Part shown: piece by piece, positions 1 to 11,612 of the stretch
How positions within the stretch are numbered: position 1 is the first letter of the stretch
Layout of the letters: each line of letters opens with the position of its first letter
Assembly (NCBI RefSeq): GCF_988243305.1
Contig: NZ_OZ547136.1
Reading direction: 5' to 3' (one strand)
DNA length: 64,000 nucleotides
The notes under the pieces: generated by a model
Databases searched by the model: none
What the model was told of the DNA's origin: nothing
Seen by the model: only the letters and a program-made list of their open reading frames with translations
Translations under genes and position numbers: made by a program

Positions 1-279
1 GAAGTGATGGATATTGACGAAGCCCGGGAAAAATATGCTCGCGGGCTTGCTATCTCGCTGACGGACAGGCAAATTGATGACCAGCTTTTAAACCGACTCC
101 GTCAGTCTCTGGAACCCCACCGCTCTGGGACAATTCCAGTACATCTCTACTATCAGAGGGCGGATGCACGCGCGCGGTTGCGTTTTGGCGCGACGTGGCG
201 TGTCTCTCCGAGCGATCGTTTATTAAACGATCTCCGTGGCCTCATTGGTTCGGAGCAGGTGGAACTGGAGTTTGACTAA
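1..279 (+). CDS. dnaE: DNA polymerase III alpha subunit, C-terminal fragment (gene begins upstream of window)
   Basis: ORF 4..279 is open to the window edge; its position immediately upstream of accA matches the conserved E. coli dnaE-accA arrangement. Confidence 0.7.
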
Positions 280-291
280 TACAGGAATACT

Positions 292-1251
292 ATGAGTCTG
301 AATTTCCTTGATTTTGAACAGCCGATTGCAGAGCTGGAAGCGAAAATCGATTCTCTGACTGCGGTTAGCCGTCAGGATGAGAAACTGGATATTAACATCG
401 ATGAAGAAGTGCATCGTCTGCGTGAAAAAAGCGTAGAACTGACGCGTAAAATCTTCGCCGATCTCGGTGCATGGCAGATTGCGCAACTGGCACGCCATCC
501 ACAGCGTCCTTATACCCTGGATTACGTTCGACTGGCATTTGATGAATTTGACGAACTGGCTGGCGACCGCGCGTATGCAGACGATAAAGCTATCGTCGGT
601 GGTATCGCCCGTCTCGATGGTCGTCCGGTGATGATCATTGGTCATCAAAAAGGTCGTGAAACCAAAGAAAAAATTCGCCGTAACTTTGGTATGCCAGCGC
701 CAGAAGGTTACCGTAAAGCACTGCGTCTGATGCAAATGGCTGAACGCTTTAAGATGCCTATCATCACCTTTATCGACACCCCGGGGGCTTATCCTGGCGT
801 GGGCGCAGAAGAGCGTGGTCAGTCTGAAGCCATTGCACGCAACCTGCGTGAAATGTCTCGCCTTAGCGTACCGGTAGTTTGTACGGTTATCGGTGAAGGT
901 GGTTCTGGCGGTGCGCTGGCGATTGGCGTGGGCGATAAAGTGAATATGCTGCAATACAGCACCTATTCCGTTATCTCGCCGGAAGGTTGTGCGTCCATTC
1001 TGTGGAAGAGCGCCGACAAAGCGCCGCTGGCGGCTGAAGCGATGGGTATCATTGCTCCGCGTCTGAAAGAGCTGAAACTGATCGACTCCATCATCCCGGA
1101 ACCGCTGGGCGGCGCTCATCGTAACCCGGAAGCGATGGCGGCATCGTTGAAAGCGCAACTGCTGGCGGATCTGGCCGATCTCGACGTGTTAAGCACTGAA
1201 GATTTAAAAAATCGTCGTTATCAGCGCCTGATGAGCTACGGTTACGCGTAA
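292..1251 (+). CDS. accA: Acetyl-CoA carboxylase carboxyltransferase alpha subunit
   Basis: 319 aa ORF beginning [19 protein letters not shown] with a GxGG motif region typical of AccA; expected length and neighbourhood. Confidence 0.93.
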   Translation: MSLNFLDFEQPIAELEAKIDSLTAVSRQDEKLDINIDEEVHRLREKSVELTRKIFADLGAWQIAQLARHPQRPYTLDYVRLAFDEFDELAGDRAYADDKAIVGGIARLDGRPVMIIGHQKGRETKEKIRRNFGMPAPEGYRKALRLMQMAERFKMPIITFIDTPGAYPGVGAEERGQSEAIARNLREMSRLSVPVVCTVIGEGGSGGALAIGVGDKVNMLQYSTYSVISPEGCASILWKSADKAPLAAEAMGIIAPRLKELKLIDSIIPEPLGGAHRNPEAMAASLKAQLLADLADLDVLSTEDLKNRRYQRLMSYGYA

Positions 1252-1270
1252 TTCGCAAAAGTTCTGAAAA

Positions 1271-1296
1271 AGGGTCACTTCGGTGGCCCTTTTTTA
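1271..1296 (+). terminator. Putative rho-independent terminator after accA
   Basis: Imperfect GC-rich hairpin (agggtcac..gtggccct) followed by a T-run immediately after the accA stop. Confidence 0.45.
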
Positions 1297-1349
1297 TCGC
1301 CACGGTTTGAGCAGGCTATGATTAAGGAAGGATTTTCCAGGAGGAACAC

Positions 1350-3491
1350 ATGAACATCATTGCCATTATGGGACCGCATGGCGTCTTTTATAAAGATGAG
1401 CCCATCAAAGAACTGGAGTCGGCGCTGGTGGCGCAAGGCTTTCAGATTATCTGGCCACAAAACAGCGTTGATTTGCTGAAATTTATCGAACATAACCCTC
1501 GAATTTGCGGCGTGATTTTTGACTGGGATGAGTACAGTCTCGATTTATGTAGCGATATCAATCAGCTTAATGAATATCTCCCGCTTTATGCCTTCATCAA
1601 CACCCACTCGACGATGGATGTCAGCGTGCAGGATATGCGGATGGCGCTCTGGTTTTTTGAATATGCGCTGGGGCAGGCGGAAGATATCGCCATTCGTATG
1701 CGTCAGTACACCAACGAATATCTTGATAACATTACACCGCCGTTCACGAAAGCCTTGTTTACCTACGTCAAAGAGCGGAAGTACACCTTTTGTACGCCGG
1801 GTCATATGGGCGGCACCGCATATCAAAAAAGCCCGGTTGGCTGTCTGTTTTATGATTTTTTCGGCGGGAATACTCTTAAGGCTGATGTCTCTATTTCGGT
1901 TACCGAGCTTGGTTCGTTGCTCGACCACACCGGGCCACACCTGGAAGCAGAAGAGTACATCGCGCGGACTTTTGACGCGGAACAGAGTTATATCGTTACC
2001 AACGGAACATCGACGTCGAACAAAATTGTGGGTATGTACGCCGCGCCATCCGGCAGTACGCTGTTGATCGACCGCAATTGTCATAAATCGCTGGCGCATC
2101 TGTTGATGATGAACGATGTAGTGCCAGTCTGGCTGAAACCGACGCGTAATGCGTTAGGGATTCTGGGTGGGATCCCGCGCCGTGAATTTACTCGCGACAG
2201 CATCGAAGAGAAAGTCGCTGCCACCACGCAGGCACAATGGCCGGTTCATGCGGTGATCACCAACTCAACCTATGATGGCTTGCTCTACAACACCGACTGG
2301 ATCAAACAGACGCTGGATGTCCCCTCGATCCACTTCGATTCCGCCTGGGTGCCGTACACCCATTTTCATCCGATCTACCAGGGTAAAAGTGGTATGAGCG
2401 GCGAGCGTGTTGCGGGAAAAGTGATCTTCGAAACGCAATCGACCCACAAAATGCTGGCGGCGTTATCGCAGGCTTCGCTGATCCACATTAAAGGTGAGTA
2501 TGACGAAGAGGCGTTTAACGAAGCCTTTATGATGCATACCACCACCTCGCCCAGTTATCCCATTGTTGCTTCGGTTGAGACGGCGGCGGCGATGCTGCGT
2601 GGTAATCCAGGCAAACGGCTGATTAACCGTTCAGTAGAACGAGCTCTGCATTTTCGCAAAGAGGTCCAGCGGCTGCGGGAAGAGTCTGACGGCTGGTTTT
2701 TTGATATCTGGCAACCGCCGCAGGTGGATGAAGCCGAATGCTGGCCCGTTGCGCCAGGCGAACGGTGGCACGGCTTTAACGATGCGGATGCCGATCATAT
2801 GTTTCTCGATCCGGTTAAAGTCACTATTTTGACACCGGGGATGGACGAGCAGGGCAATATGAGCGAGGAGGGGATCCCGGCGGCGCTGGTGGCAAAATTC
2901 CTCGACGAACGTGGGATCGTAGTAGAGAAAACCGGCCCGTATAACCTGCTGTTTCTCTTTAGTATTGGAATCGATAAAACCAAAGCAATGGGATTATTGC
3001 GTGGGTTGACGGAATTTAAGCGCTCTTACGATCTCAACCTGCGGATCAAAAATATGCTACCCGATCTCTATGCTGAAGATCCCGATTTCTACCGCAATAT
3101 GCGTATTCAGGATCTGGCGCAAGGGATCCATAAGCTGATTCGTAAACACGATCTTCCCGGTTTGATGTTGCGGGCATTTGATACCTTGCCGGAGATGATC
3201 ATGACGCCACATCAGGCATGGCAGAGACAGATTAAAGGCGAAGTGGAAACCATTGCGCTGGAACAACTGGTCGGTAGAGTATCGGCAAATATGATCCTGC
3301 CTTATCCACCTGGCGTACCGCTGCTGATGCCAGGAGAAATGCTGACCAAAGAGAGCCGCACGGTACTCGATTTTCTACTGATGCTTTGTTCCGTAGGGCA
3401 ACATTACCCCGGTTTTGAAACGGATATTCACGGCGCGAAACAGGACGAAGACGGCGTTTACCGTGTACGAGTCCTAAAAATGGCGGGATAA
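1350..3491 (+). CDS. ldcC: Lysine decarboxylase, constitutive
   Basis: 713 aa ORF with good RBS (aggagg); large PLP-dependent decarboxylase in the accA-ldcC-yaeR context. Confidence 0.9.
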   Translation: MNIIAIMGPHGVFYKDEPIKELESALVAQGFQIIWPQNSVDLLKFIEHNPRICGVIFDWDEYSLDLCSDINQLNEYLPLYAFINTHSTMDVSVQDMRMALWFFEYALGQAEDIAIRMRQYTNEYLDNITPPFTKALFTYVKERKYTFCTPGHMGGTAYQKSPVGCLFYDFFGGNTLKADVSISVTELGSLLDHTGPHLEAEEYIARTFDAEQSYIVTNGTSTSNKIVGMYAAPSGSTLLIDRNCHKSLAHLLMMNDVVPVWLKPTRNALGILGGIPRREFTRDSIEEKVAATTQAQWPVHAVITNSTYDGLLYNTDWIKQTLDVPSIHFDSAWVPYTHFHPIYQGKSGMSGERVAGKVIFETQSTHKMLAALSQASLIHIKGEYDEEAFNEAFMMHTTTSPSYPIVASVETAAAMLRGNPGKRLINRSVERALHFRKEVQRLREESDGWFFDIWQPPQVDEAECWPVAPGERWHGFNDADADHMFLDPVKVTILTPGMDEQGNMSEEGIPAALVAKFLDERGIVVEKTGPYNLLFLFSIGIDKTKAMGLLRGLTEFKRSYDLNLRIKNMLPDLYAEDPDFYRNMRIQDLAQGIHKLIRKHDLPGLMLRAFDTLPEMIMTPHQAWQRQIKGEVETIALEQLVGRVSANMILPYPPGVPLLMPGEMLTKESRTVLDFLLMLCSVGQHYPGFETDIHGAKQDEDGVYRVRVLKMAG

Positions 3492-3547
3492 CTTGCCAGA
3501 GCAGCTTCCGGGCGAGTAACGTGCTGTTAACAAATAAAGGAGACGTT

Positions 3548-3937
3548 ATGCTGGGTTTAAAACAGGTTCACCATATTGCGATTATTGCGACGGATTATGC
3601 GGTGAGCAAAGCGTTTTACTGCGATATTCTTGGTTTCACGCTGCAAAGCGAAGTCTATCGCGAAGCGCGCGATTCGTGGAAAGGGGATTTGGCGCTTAAT
3701 GGGCAATATGTGATTGAGCTTTTCTCATTTCCGTTCCCGCCGGAGCGCCCCAGCCGACCGGAAGCTTGCGGCCTGCGTCATCTGGCTTTTAGCGTTGATG
3801 ATATCGATGCGGCAGTGGCGCACCTTGAAAGCCATAACGTGAAGTGTGAAGCCATCCGTGTCGATCCATACACGCAAAAACGCTTCACGTTCTTTAACGA
3901 TCCGGACGGGCTGCCGCTGGAACTGTATGAGCAGTAA
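3548..3937 (+). CDS. yaeR: Glyoxalase/VOC family protein
   Basis: ORF 3521..3937; the internal ATG at 3548 gives about 129 aa (MLGLKQVHHIAIIATDYAVSKAFY), matching the remembered YaeR length. Confidence 0.8.
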   Translation: MLGLKQVHHIAIIATDYAVSKAFYCDILGFTLQSEVYREARDSWKGDLALNGQYVIELFSFPFPPERPSRPEACGLRHLAFSVDDIDAAVAHLESHNVKCEAIRVDPYTQKRFTFFNDPDGLPLELYEQ

Positions 3938-4001
3938 GGCTTGTCATCGCCACATTTGCCCGGTAACGTGCCGGGCATTGCTACTGTAAAATCGCATCAT
4001 C

Positions 4002-5300
4002 ATGACACTCACGCTCAATAGACAACTTCTCACCTCACGCCAGATTCTGGTGGCCTTTAGCGGCGGGCTTGACTCTACCGTACTGCTGCATCAGTTGGTG
4101 CAGTGGCGGGCGGAAAATCCGGGCGTCACTCTGCGCGCTATCCATGTGCATCACGGTTTAAGTGCCAATGCCGATGCCTGGGTTAGGCATTGCGAGAACA
4201 TCTGCCAACAGTGGCAGGTGCCGCTGGTGGTCGAGCGCGTGCAACTTGCGCAAGAAGGACTGGGTATTGAGGCCCAGGCGCGGCAGGCGCGTTATCAGGC
4301 ATTTGCCCGCACCTTGTTGCCCGGTGAAGTGCTGGTCACCGCGCAACATCTCGACGATCAATGCGAAACCTTTCTGCTGGCGCTAAAACGCGGTAGCGGC
4401 CCTGCCGGGCTTTCGGCTATGGGGGAAGTTTCGGAGTTTGCCGGAACACGGCTTATCCGCCCGTTGCTCGCCCGCACGCGGGGAGAACTGGTGCAGTGGG
4501 CGCGTCAGTATGATTTACGCTGGATTGAAGACGAAAGTAATCAGGATGATAGCTACGATCGTAACTTCCTGCGCCTGCGCGTGGTGCCGTTATTGCAGCA
4601 GCGTTGGCCGCATTTTGCCGAAGCAACGGCCCGCAGCGCTGCGCTTTGCGCTGAACAAGAGAGCCTGTTAGATGAACTGCTGGCGGATGATATAGCGCAC
4701 TGTCAAAAGCCGCAGGGGACGCTGCAGATTGCGCCAATGCTGGCGATGAGTGATGCCCGCCGCGCGGCGATTATCCGCCGCTGGCTGGCAGGGAAGAATG
4801 CACCGATGCCTTCCCGCGACGCGTTGGTGAGGATCTGGCAGGAAGTGGCGCTGGCGCGGGAAGATGCTTCCCCCTGTTTACGTCTGGGCGCGTTTGAAAT
4901 CCGCCGCTATCAGTCGCAACTGTGGTGGATTAAATCCGTTGCCGGGCAAAGCGAAACCATTGTGCCGTGGCAGACGTGGCTACAACCGCTGGAATTACCG
5001 GCGGGACTGGGAAGTGTACAGCTTACAGCGGGAGGCGATATTCGCCCTCCGCGTGCAGACGAAGCGGTCAGCGTGCGTTTCAAAGCGCCAGGATTGCTGC
5101 ATATTATCGGGCGCAACGGCGGACGTAAGCTGAAGAAAATCTGGCAAGAGCTGGGTGTGCCGCCGTGGCTACGTGACACCACGCCACTGCTGTTTTATGG
5201 CGAAACGTTGATTGCGGCGGCAGGGGTATTTGTGACGCAAGAAGGTGTGGCTGAAGGTGAGAAAGGCGTCAGTTTTGTCTGGCAGAAAACGCTTAGTTAA
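4002..5300 (+). CDS. tilS: tRNA(Ile)-lysidine synthetase
   Basis: 432 aa ORF with N-terminal PP-loop motif SGGLDS (ATP pyrophosphatase family); expected position. Confidence 0.9.
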   Translation: MTLTLNRQLLTSRQILVAFSGGLDSTVLLHQLVQWRAENPGVTLRAIHVHHGLSANADAWVRHCENICQQWQVPLVVERVQLAQEGLGIEAQARQARYQAFARTLLPGEVLVTAQHLDDQCETFLLALKRGSGPAGLSAMGEVSEFAGTRLIRPLLARTRGELVQWARQYDLRWIEDESNQDDSYDRNFLRLRVVPLLQQRWPHFAEATARSAALCAEQESLLDELLADDIAHCQKPQGTLQIAPMLAMSDARRAAIIRRWLAGKNAPMPSRDALVRIWQEVALAREDASPCLRLGAFEIRRYQSQLWWIKSVAGQSETIVPWQTWLQPLELPAGLGSVQLTAGGDIRPPRADEAVSVRFKAPGLLHIIGRNGGRKLKKIWQELGVPPWLRDTTPLLFYGETLIAAAGVFVTQEGVAEGEKGVSFVWQKTLS

Positions 5301-5306
5301 GTGAAA

Positions 5307-5339
5307 GCCGGATAAGACGCTTCAAACGTCGCATCCGGC
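5307..5339. repeat. REP-like palindromic element
   Basis: gccggataagacgc...gcgtcgcatccggc imperfect palindrome in the tilS/rof convergent intergenic region, typical of enterobacterial REP units. Confidence 0.5.
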
Positions 5340-5348
5340 GAAAGTCAA

Positions 5349-5603
5349 TCAGGACTCGCTCACCACCACCGTACCGATTTCCGGGTGGCTAAAGCTGGTA
5401 ATTTTATCCAGACGCAGCTCGCGGGTTGCACCAGCGGCCTCGACGACCAGATACTCCACATTTTTGCGGGAGACTAAATCGCTGGCCTTCGCCTGCAATT
5501 TTTCGCCATCTTTCAGCTCAAGTGTCAGCATTAAATGATGCTGGCAGGCGAGCTCAAGATTATCGTAATCATCACAATTGATTGGTTGATACGTATCATT
5601 CAT
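5349..5603 (-). CDS. rof: Rho-binding antiterminator
   Basis: Small ORF 5349..5609; the second ATG gives about 84 aa; conserved neighbourhood with yaeP. Confidence 0.75.
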
Positions 5604-5796
5604 TGACATAATCGCTCACCAGTAAGTTTGCCGCAGCGTATGCTGCTTTTTCCCTGACAGCCTCAGAAAGGGCGTCGTCGGCAGCCATTTCATTCAGCAC
5701 TTTCAAAACGCAGCCCAGCGCGTCCGGAACGTATCCTAAGTCTCCGCTGGCGATTTCCGCGTACCGCTTGCGTATTAACTCACAATATTTTTCCAC
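5596..5796 (-). CDS. yaeP: Small conserved protein YaeP
   Basis: ORF 5596..5814; the GTG inside the tracked ORF gives about 66 aa ([15 protein letters not shown]...); overlaps the rof start as in E. coli. Confidence 0.7.
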
Positions 5797-5961
5797 ATGC
5801 CCTCCTGTCAGCACTCTGACTTAACCGTGGATGCAAGTCTAAGCCTACGAAGATAAACTCTGTTTCGCAAGGTGACTATACCACACTCATTTCTGCAATA
5901 TCAGCGCCGCAACTGCACGTATTCCGTTACAATGGCCTCCTGATTCAAAAGGAGTTTTCTT

Positions 5962-6507
5962 ATGGCGCTTAAAGCGACAATTTATAAAGCGACGGTTAAT
6001 GTGGCCGATCTCGACCGCAACCAGTTTCTCGATGCCTCTCTGACGCTGGCGCGCCACCCTTCAGAAACCCAGGAGCGCATGATGCTGCGCCTGCTGGCGT
6101 GGCTGAAATATGCTGATGAACGTCTGCAATTTACCCGTGGTTTGTGTGCCGATGATGAGCCGGAAGCGTGGCTGCGTAACGATCACCTGGGCATTGATTT
6201 GTGGATTGAGCTGGGGCTGCCGGATGAGCGGCGGATTAAGAAAGCCTGCACCCAGGCCGCAGAAGTTGCGCTGTTTACCTATAATAGTCGGGCGGCGCAA
6301 ATCTGGTGGCAGCAAAATCAGAGCAAATGTGTGCAGTTTGCCAATCTTTCCATCTGGTATCTGGACGATGAACAACTGGCGAAAGTAAGCGCCTTTGCCG
6401 ATCGTACCATGACGCTGCAGGCAACGATTCAGGATGGCGTGATCTGGTTATCGGATGATAAGAATAATCTGGAAGTGAACTTAACCGTCTGGCAACAACC
6501 TTCATGA
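5962..6507 (+). CDS. yaeQ: YaeQ family protein
   Basis: 181 aa ORF whose stop overlaps the arfB start (operon coupling). Confidence 0.85.
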   Translation: MALKATIYKATVNVADLDRNQFLDASLTLARHPSETQERMMLRLLAWLKYADERLQFTRGLCADDEPEAWLRNDHLGIDLWIELGLPDERRIKKACTQAAEVALFTYNSRAAQIWWQQNQSKCVQFANLSIWYLDDEQLAKVSAFADRTMTLQATIQDGVIWLSDDKNNLEVNLTVWQQPS

Positions 6508-6926
6508 TTGTGATTTCCCGACATGTTGCTATCCCCGATGGTGAGCTTGAGATCACCGCCATTCGTGCGCAGGGCGCGGGCGGGCAGCATGTTAATAAGA
6601 CCTCAACGGCTATTCATCTGCGTTTTGACATTCGGGCGTCCAGCCTGCCAGAGTATTACAAAGAGCGTCTGCTCGCCGCCAGCCATCATTTGATCAGCAG
6701 TGATGGCGTGATTGTCATTAAGGCACAGGAATACCGCAATCAGGAGCTCAACCGCGAAGCGGCGCTGGCCCGGCTGGTAGCAGTGATTAAAGATTTAACA
6801 ACAGAACAAAAAGCCCGACGACCCACGCGGCCCACCCGCGCATCAAAAGAGCGCAGACTGGCATCGAAAGCACAAAAATCAAGCGTGAAGGCGATGCGCG
6901 GCAAAGTGCGCAGCGGTCGGGAATAA
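6504..6926 (+). CDS. arfB: Peptidyl-tRNA hydrolase / alternative ribosome-rescue factor B
   Basis: 140 aa ORF containing the GGQ motif ([10 protein letters not shown]) and a basic C-terminal tail, as in ArfB/YaeJ. Confidence 0.88.
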   Translation: MIVISRHVAIPDGELEITAIRAQGAGGQHVNKTSTAIHLRFDIRASSLPEYYKERLLAASHHLISSDGVIVIKAQEYRNQELNREAALARLVAVIKDLTTEQKARRPTRPTRASKERRLASKAQKSSVKAMRGKVRSGRE

Positions 6927-6939
6927 AAAGAAGGAATGG

Positions 6940-7650
6940 ATGGTGAAAAAAGCGATAGTGACAGCGATGGCTGTAATCAGCCTCTTTACTCTGATGGGAT
7001 GTAATAATCGGGCCGAAGTCGATACGCTTTCTCCGGCGCAGGCTGCCGAACTGAAACCGATGCCGCAAAGTTGGCGCGGCGTGCTGCCGTGTGCCGATTG
7101 CGAAGGGATCGAAACCTCTTTGTTCCTCGAAAAAGATGGAACCTGGGTGATGAATGAACGCTATCTTGGTGCGCGTGAAGAGCCTTCCTCTTTCGCTTCC
7201 TACGGTACATGGGCGCGAACCGCTGACAAGCTGGTATTAACCGACAGCAAAGGTGAAAAGTCATATTATCGGGCGAAAGGCGATGCGCTGGAGATGCTCG
7301 ATCGTGAAGGTAATCCGATTGAATCGCAGTTCAACTATACGCTGGAACCGGCGCAATCCAGTTTACCTATGACGCCGATGACCCTGCGGGGCATGTATTT
7401 TTATATGGCTGATGCGGCGACCTTCACTGATTGCGCGACCGGAAAACGTTTCATGGTAGCGAATAACGCAGAGCTGGAGCGTGGCTACCTGACTGCGCGC
7501 GGTCATAGTGAAAAACCGATGTTACTGTCATTAGAAGGGCACTTTACGCTTGAGGCTAATCCGGATACCGGTGCGCCAACCAAAGTATTAGCGCCCGATA
7601 CGGCAGGTAAATTTTACCCGAACCAGGATTGCAGTAGTTTGGGGCAGTAA
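6940..7650 (+). CDS. nlpE: Outer-membrane lipoprotein, envelope stress sensor
   Basis: 236 aa ORF with lipoprotein signal peptide (LFTLMGC lipobox) and CxxC motif. Confidence 0.9.
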   Translation: MVKKAIVTAMAVISLFTLMGCNNRAEVDTLSPAQAAELKPMPQSWRGVLPCADCEGIETSLFLEKDGTWVMNERYLGAREEPSSFASYGTWARTADKLVLTDSKGEKSYYRAKGDALEMLDREGNPIESQFNYTLEPAQSSLPMTPMTLRGMYFYMADAATFTDCATGKRFMVANNAELERGYLTARGHSEKPMLLSLEGHFTLEANPDTGAPTKVLAPDTAGKFYPNQDCSSLGQ

Positions 7651-7680
7651 ATTGAAAGCCGGAGCATTCTCCGGCTTTCA

Positions 7681-8505
7681 TCACTGAGTCAGCCCAACAA
7701 AGCGGCCCGCCTTGATATAAATCCCAGGCTTCAGGTGCCCAACATACTGTAACTGCGTTTCTGGCTTAAACGCAGAGACATCGCCAGTACGCATATGCAT
7801 CAGATCGGCAGGGCTAATCCAGCCCGATTGCGCCAGTGTAAGTGGATGCCCGGCTTTGGCAAATGCATCAGTGACAAATTCCGAACAAAACCACGACTTT
7901 TTGTCTCCTTCGCCCACACTGCTTAACTGCGCTTTCGCCAGGCCGCTGACGCACTGTTGACGAAAATCCTCGGAGAACGGATTCAGTGAGCACATCTGGC
8001 GAGTTACCATAAAGGGAATAAATTCGACAATGCCGCGATAGTTGTAACCGCTATCTTTAATTTTGTTGGCGAACGCGGTGATTTCTGTGGCTTGTTGCGG
8101 GGTAAGATCCGGGACTCGTAGGACGAAAAGCTTATCGCTATGCTTCATCGCTTTTTTGAGGGAAACAATCTGGACGCCAGCGCCTGTCGCTTCTGCAACG
8201 TTATTTTCACCCAGATAGATTGCAACGTGACTCACAGAGGAAGTGCTGAAGACGCGGATTCCAAATGAGGTTACCCCATGGCTTGAGGAGAACAGCAAAT
8301 CGCCGGGTTTGAGATCAGGTTCCGTTATTTCTTTTATTGATTGTTCGGTAAAAGAGCTTTGATGCTGGAATTTGACTGCCCATGTTTTCGCCCCGGCATC
8401 TACCGCTGTGGCTGATGAGTCCGGCTGGCTGATATCTACGGTACAGGCCGAAAGGAAAAGAAAGCAGGGGAGAAGCAGGCGGCAATGCACCTTTGGTTTA
8501 TCCAT
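7681..8505 (-). CDS. yaeF: NlpC/P60-family lipoprotein
   Basis: 274 aa ORF with signal peptide and lipobox (FLSAC); expected position between nlpE and proS. Confidence 0.8.
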   Translation of the reverse strand: MDKPKVHCRLLLPCFLFLSACTVDISQPDSSATAVDAGAKTWAVKFQHQSSFTEQSIKEITEPDLKPGDLLFSSSHGVTSFGIRVFSTSSVSHVAIYLGENNVAEATGAGVQIVSLKKAMKHSDKLFVLRVPDLTPQQATEITAFANKIKDSGYNYRGIVEFIPFMVTRQMCSLNPFSEDFRQQCVSGLAKAQLSSVGEGDKKSWFCSEFVTDAFAKAGHPLTLAQSGWISPADLMHMRTGDVSAFKPETQLQYVGHLKPGIYIKAGRFVGLTQ

Positions 8506-8557
8506 TTTATACAGTCCATGTAAAAAAGGGCCCTGAAATTCAGGACCCTTTCTGGCA

Positions 8558-10276
8558 TCAGCCTTTAATCTGTTTCACCAGATATTCGACGATGTCACCA
8601 GTCTTAATTAACTGTTTCTCGCCGTTGCGACGATATTTATATTCGATATCGTCGTTGTCGAGGTTACGGTCGCCCAGCACAATAGTGTGCGGAATACCGA
8701 TCAGTTCCATATCAGCAAACATCACGCCCGGACGCTCTTTGCGGTCATCCAGCAGCACTTCGATACCCTGCGCGCGCAGTTCGCTGTACAGTTTCTCAGC
8801 AAGCTCCTGTACGCGGAAGGATTTGTGCATGTTCATCGGCAGAATCGCCACCTGGAACGGTGCGATAGCGTCAGGCCATACGATGCCGCGTTCGTCGTAG
8901 TTCTGCTCAATCGCCGCAGCTACTACACGCGTTACTCCGATACCGTAGCAACCCATCGTCAGGATTTGATTACGGCCATCTTCACCCTGTACGGAGGCTT
9001 TCAGTGCTTCGGAGTACTTGGTACCCAGCTGGAAGATGTGACCAACTTCGATACCACGTTTGATCAGCAGTGTACCCTGGCCATCCGGGCTTGGATCGCC
9101 CGCCACCACGTTACGGATATCAGCAATTTCCGGGGTAGCGACATCGCGATCCCAGTTGATACCGAAGTAGTGTTTACCATCGATGTTAGCACCAGCAGCG
9201 AAATCACTCATCGCTGCAACGGTACGGTCAATCACCACCGGAATCGGCATGTTTACCGGACCCAGTGAACCCGGACCGGCTTTAACCACGGCACGAATTT
9301 CTTCTTCGGTCGCGAAAGTCAGCGGGCTTGCAACCTGCGGCAGTTTTTCTGCTTTAACTTCGTTCAGCTCGTGGTCACCGCGCACCAGCAGCGCAACCAG
9401 CGGGAAGCTACTGCCTTCAACCGCTTTAACCAGCAGAGTCTTAACCGTTTTCTCAATCGGCAGATTGAACTGTTCAACCAGTTCCGCGATGGTCTTCGCG
9501 TTCGGCGTATCAACCAGCGTCATTTCCTGGGTAGCAGCAGCGCGCGGTTCTTTCGGCGCGATAGCTTCTGCCAGTTCAATGTTCGCTGCATAGTCAGAGG
9601 TGTCGGAGAAGACCACATCGTCTTCACCGCTCTGCGCCAGCACCTGGAATTCGTGAGAGGCGCTACCGCCGATAGAACCGGTGTCGGCCTGTACGGCGCG
9701 GAAATCCAGCCCCATGCGGCTGAAGATTTTGCTGTAGGCCGCATACATTGCATCGTAGGTTTCCTGCAGGGATTCCTGAGAAGTATGGAAAGAGTAAGCA
9801 TCTTTCATCAGGAATTCGCGGGAACGCATGACGCCGAAACGCGGACGCACTTCGTCGCGGAACTTGGTCTGGATCTGATAGAAGTTCAGCGGCAGCTGTT
9901 TGTAAGAGCTAAGCTCGTTACGAATCAGGTCTGTAATAACTTCTTCATGAGTTGGGCCGAGTACGAACGGACGCTCGCCACGGTCAACAAAACGCAGCAG
10001 TTCCGGACCGTACTGTTCCCAACGACCACTCTCTTGCCACAAATCGGCTGGCTGAACCACCGGCATCGACACCTCGATCGCACCGGCGTTGTTCATCTCT
10101 TCACGCACGATGTTTTCGACTTTTTTCAGAACGCGCACGCCGGTCGGCAGCCAGGTATATAACCCGGAGGCCAGCTTGCGGATCATCCCGGCGCGCAGCA
10201 TCAGCTGATGGCTGATCACCTCGGCGTCGGCAGGTGTCTCCTTGAGAGTGGAGAGCAGGTATTGGCTAGTACGCAT
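8558..10276 (-). CDS. proS: Prolyl-tRNA synthetase
   Basis: ORF 8558..10330; the internal start [20 protein letters not shown] gives about 572 aa; class II aaRS. Confidence 0.93.
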   Translation of the reverse strand: MRTSQYLLSTLKETPADAEVISHQLMLRAGMIRKLASGLYTWLPTGVRVLKKVENIVREEMNNAGAIEVSMPVVQPADLWQESGRWEQYGPELLRFVDRGERPFVLGPTHEEVITDLIRNELSSYKQLPLNFYQIQTKFRDEVRPRFGVMRSREFLMKDAYSFHTSQESLQETYDAMYAAYSKIFSRMGLDFRAVQADTGSIGGSASHEFQVLAQSGEDDVVFSDTSDYAANIELAEAIAPKEPRAAATQEMTLVDTPNAKTIAELVEQFNLPIEKTVKTLLVKAVEGSSFPLVALLVRGDHELNEVKAEKLPQVASPLTFATEEEIRAVVKAGPGSLGPVNMPIPVVIDRTVAAMSDFAAGANIDGKHYFGINWDRDVATPEIADIRNVVAGDPSPDGQGTLLIKRGIEVGHIFQLGTKYSEALKASVQGEDGRNQILTMGCYGIGVTRVVAAAIEQNYDERGIVWPDAIAPFQVAILPMNMHKSFRVQELAEKLYSELRAQGIEVLLDDRKERPGVMFADMELIGIPHTIVLGDRNLDNDDIEYKYRRNGEKQLIKTGDIVEYLVKQIKG

Positions 10277-10386
10277 GTTGTTACGGTTCCAGTTGGAAGG
10301 TAGAACAGGCTCAAGGTGAGCCTGGGACAAAAAAAGTGATTTAGTTTACCAGTGCAAAAGAAATGTCAAAAGAGAAGGGCGTGAAT

Positions 10387-11094
10387 TTAACGCGGTTCCA
10401 GCGCAAAGACTTCAAAACCTGCGTCGGTGACGCGCCAGCGAACGTTAAAATCATGCAGCCAGACGGCATAGGTTTTGCCCGTTTCCTCACCTTTACGATA
10501 GGCCGGGCGCGGGTCCTGCGCCAGTACTTCGCGGATAAACAGCGTTAACTGCGGATAACGCTTCTCCAGCGTCAAAAGCTGCTTTTCGACCTCTGCGGTA
10601 AAACTCACCGCCATCTCTGCAGCTGGCGCACTTTGCGCATAGCTGGCACTGGCATCGGGAAGCGATTCGGCAAAGGGGAGATACGGTTTGATATCCACCA
10701 CCGGCGTCCCATCTACCAGATCCAGACTGCCGAGCTTCAGAATCACGCTGTCTTTATGGCAAACAACCTCTTTCAGCTCTACCAGCGACATACCAATCGG
10801 GTTAGGGCGGAAAGTGGAGCGCGTAGCGAAAACACCCATTCTGGTATTACCGCCGAGGCGCGGTGGACGCACAGTCGGACGCCAGCCGCCTTCCATCGTT
10901 TGATGAAAGACGAAAAGGATCCATAAATGGCTGAACGCTTCCAGGCCGCGAACGGCGTCGGCCTGGTTGTAGGGAGCAATGAGATGCAGTTCGCCGTTGG
11001 CGCTTTTTACCAGACCTGGCTGGCGCGGAACGGCGAATTTTTCTTTATAGGGCGAGCGAATAACGCCTATTTGCTCGAATTGGAAACTGCTCAT
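10387..11094 (-). CDS. tsaA: tRNA (adenine37-N6)-methyltransferase
   Basis: 235 aa ORF; conserved yaeB/tsaA-rcsF arrangement. Confidence 0.85.
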   Translation of the reverse strand: MSSFQFEQIGVIRSPYKEKFAVPRQPGLVKSANGELHLIAPYNQADAVRGLEAFSHLWILFVFHQTMEGGWRPTVRPPRLGGNTRMGVFATRSTFRPNPIGMSLVELKEVVCHKDSVILKLGSLDLVDGTPVVDIKPYLPFAESLPDASASYAQSAPAAEMAVSFTAEVEKQLLTLEKRYPQLTLFIREVLAQDPRPAYRKGEETGKTYAVWLHDFNVRWRVTDAGFEVFALEPR

Positions 11095-11495
11095 TTCGCC
11101 GTGATGTTAAGCGCAGAACCGATACATACAGCCTGACGATAGCAACCTGGCGTACCGCTGGTGACTTCGCAGCTATGCAGTAATACCGCATTGGCTTTCA
11201 TTTTAGAGGCGTTGATTTGCATCCGCTTACGTGCGGTTGGAATGCTCGGCGGAGAGTCCTGATTAGAGGCCTGGCAAGAGTCGCCACTGACTTCACCGAG
11301 ATCGCGGAACGGTTTGCCGACTAATTCTTCTGCATTGGTATAAATTCGGACCGGCGTGGCGCGCGGCGCTTTCGGTTTTGCAGGCTCCGCTTTCGGCTGG
11401 GGTGCAGTGCTTTGAACGGGTTCGACAGGGGATCTGCTTAACATGGAACAGCCGCTTAGCATGAGTGCTACTAAACAGATCGGTAAAGCACGCAT
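11091..11495 (-). CDS. rcsF: Outer-membrane lipoprotein of the Rcs phosphorelay
   Basis: 134 aa ORF with lipoprotein signal (LMLSGC) and proline-rich linker. Confidence 0.88.
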   Translation of the reverse strand: MRALPICLVALMLSGCSMLSRSPVEPVQSTAPQPKAEPAKPKAPRATPVRIYTNAEELVGKPFRDLGEVSGDSCQASNQDSPPSIPTARKRMQINASKMKANAVLLHSCEVTSGTPGCYRQAVCIGSALNITAK

Positions 11496-11612
11496 AGTAT
11501 TTCCTCAATGTATGATCAAAACGTCAATATTGAATCAGGAGCTTGTAGAAATGACAAGACGGGCAAGCGCCCGTCCTGAATGATATTACAAATTGTGGAA
11601 ACAGCCTAAAAA

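Noticed and set aside
1519-2099. 182 aa and 184 aa ORFs overlapping ldcC on both strands
   Set aside because: They are embedded in the well-supported 713 aa lysine decarboxylase gene; translations are Arg- and Cys-rich without features of real proteins.
8687-10162. Plus-strand ORFs (193, 136 and 263 aa) within proS
   Set aside because: Antisense to prolyl-tRNA synthetase; no RBS or domain support.
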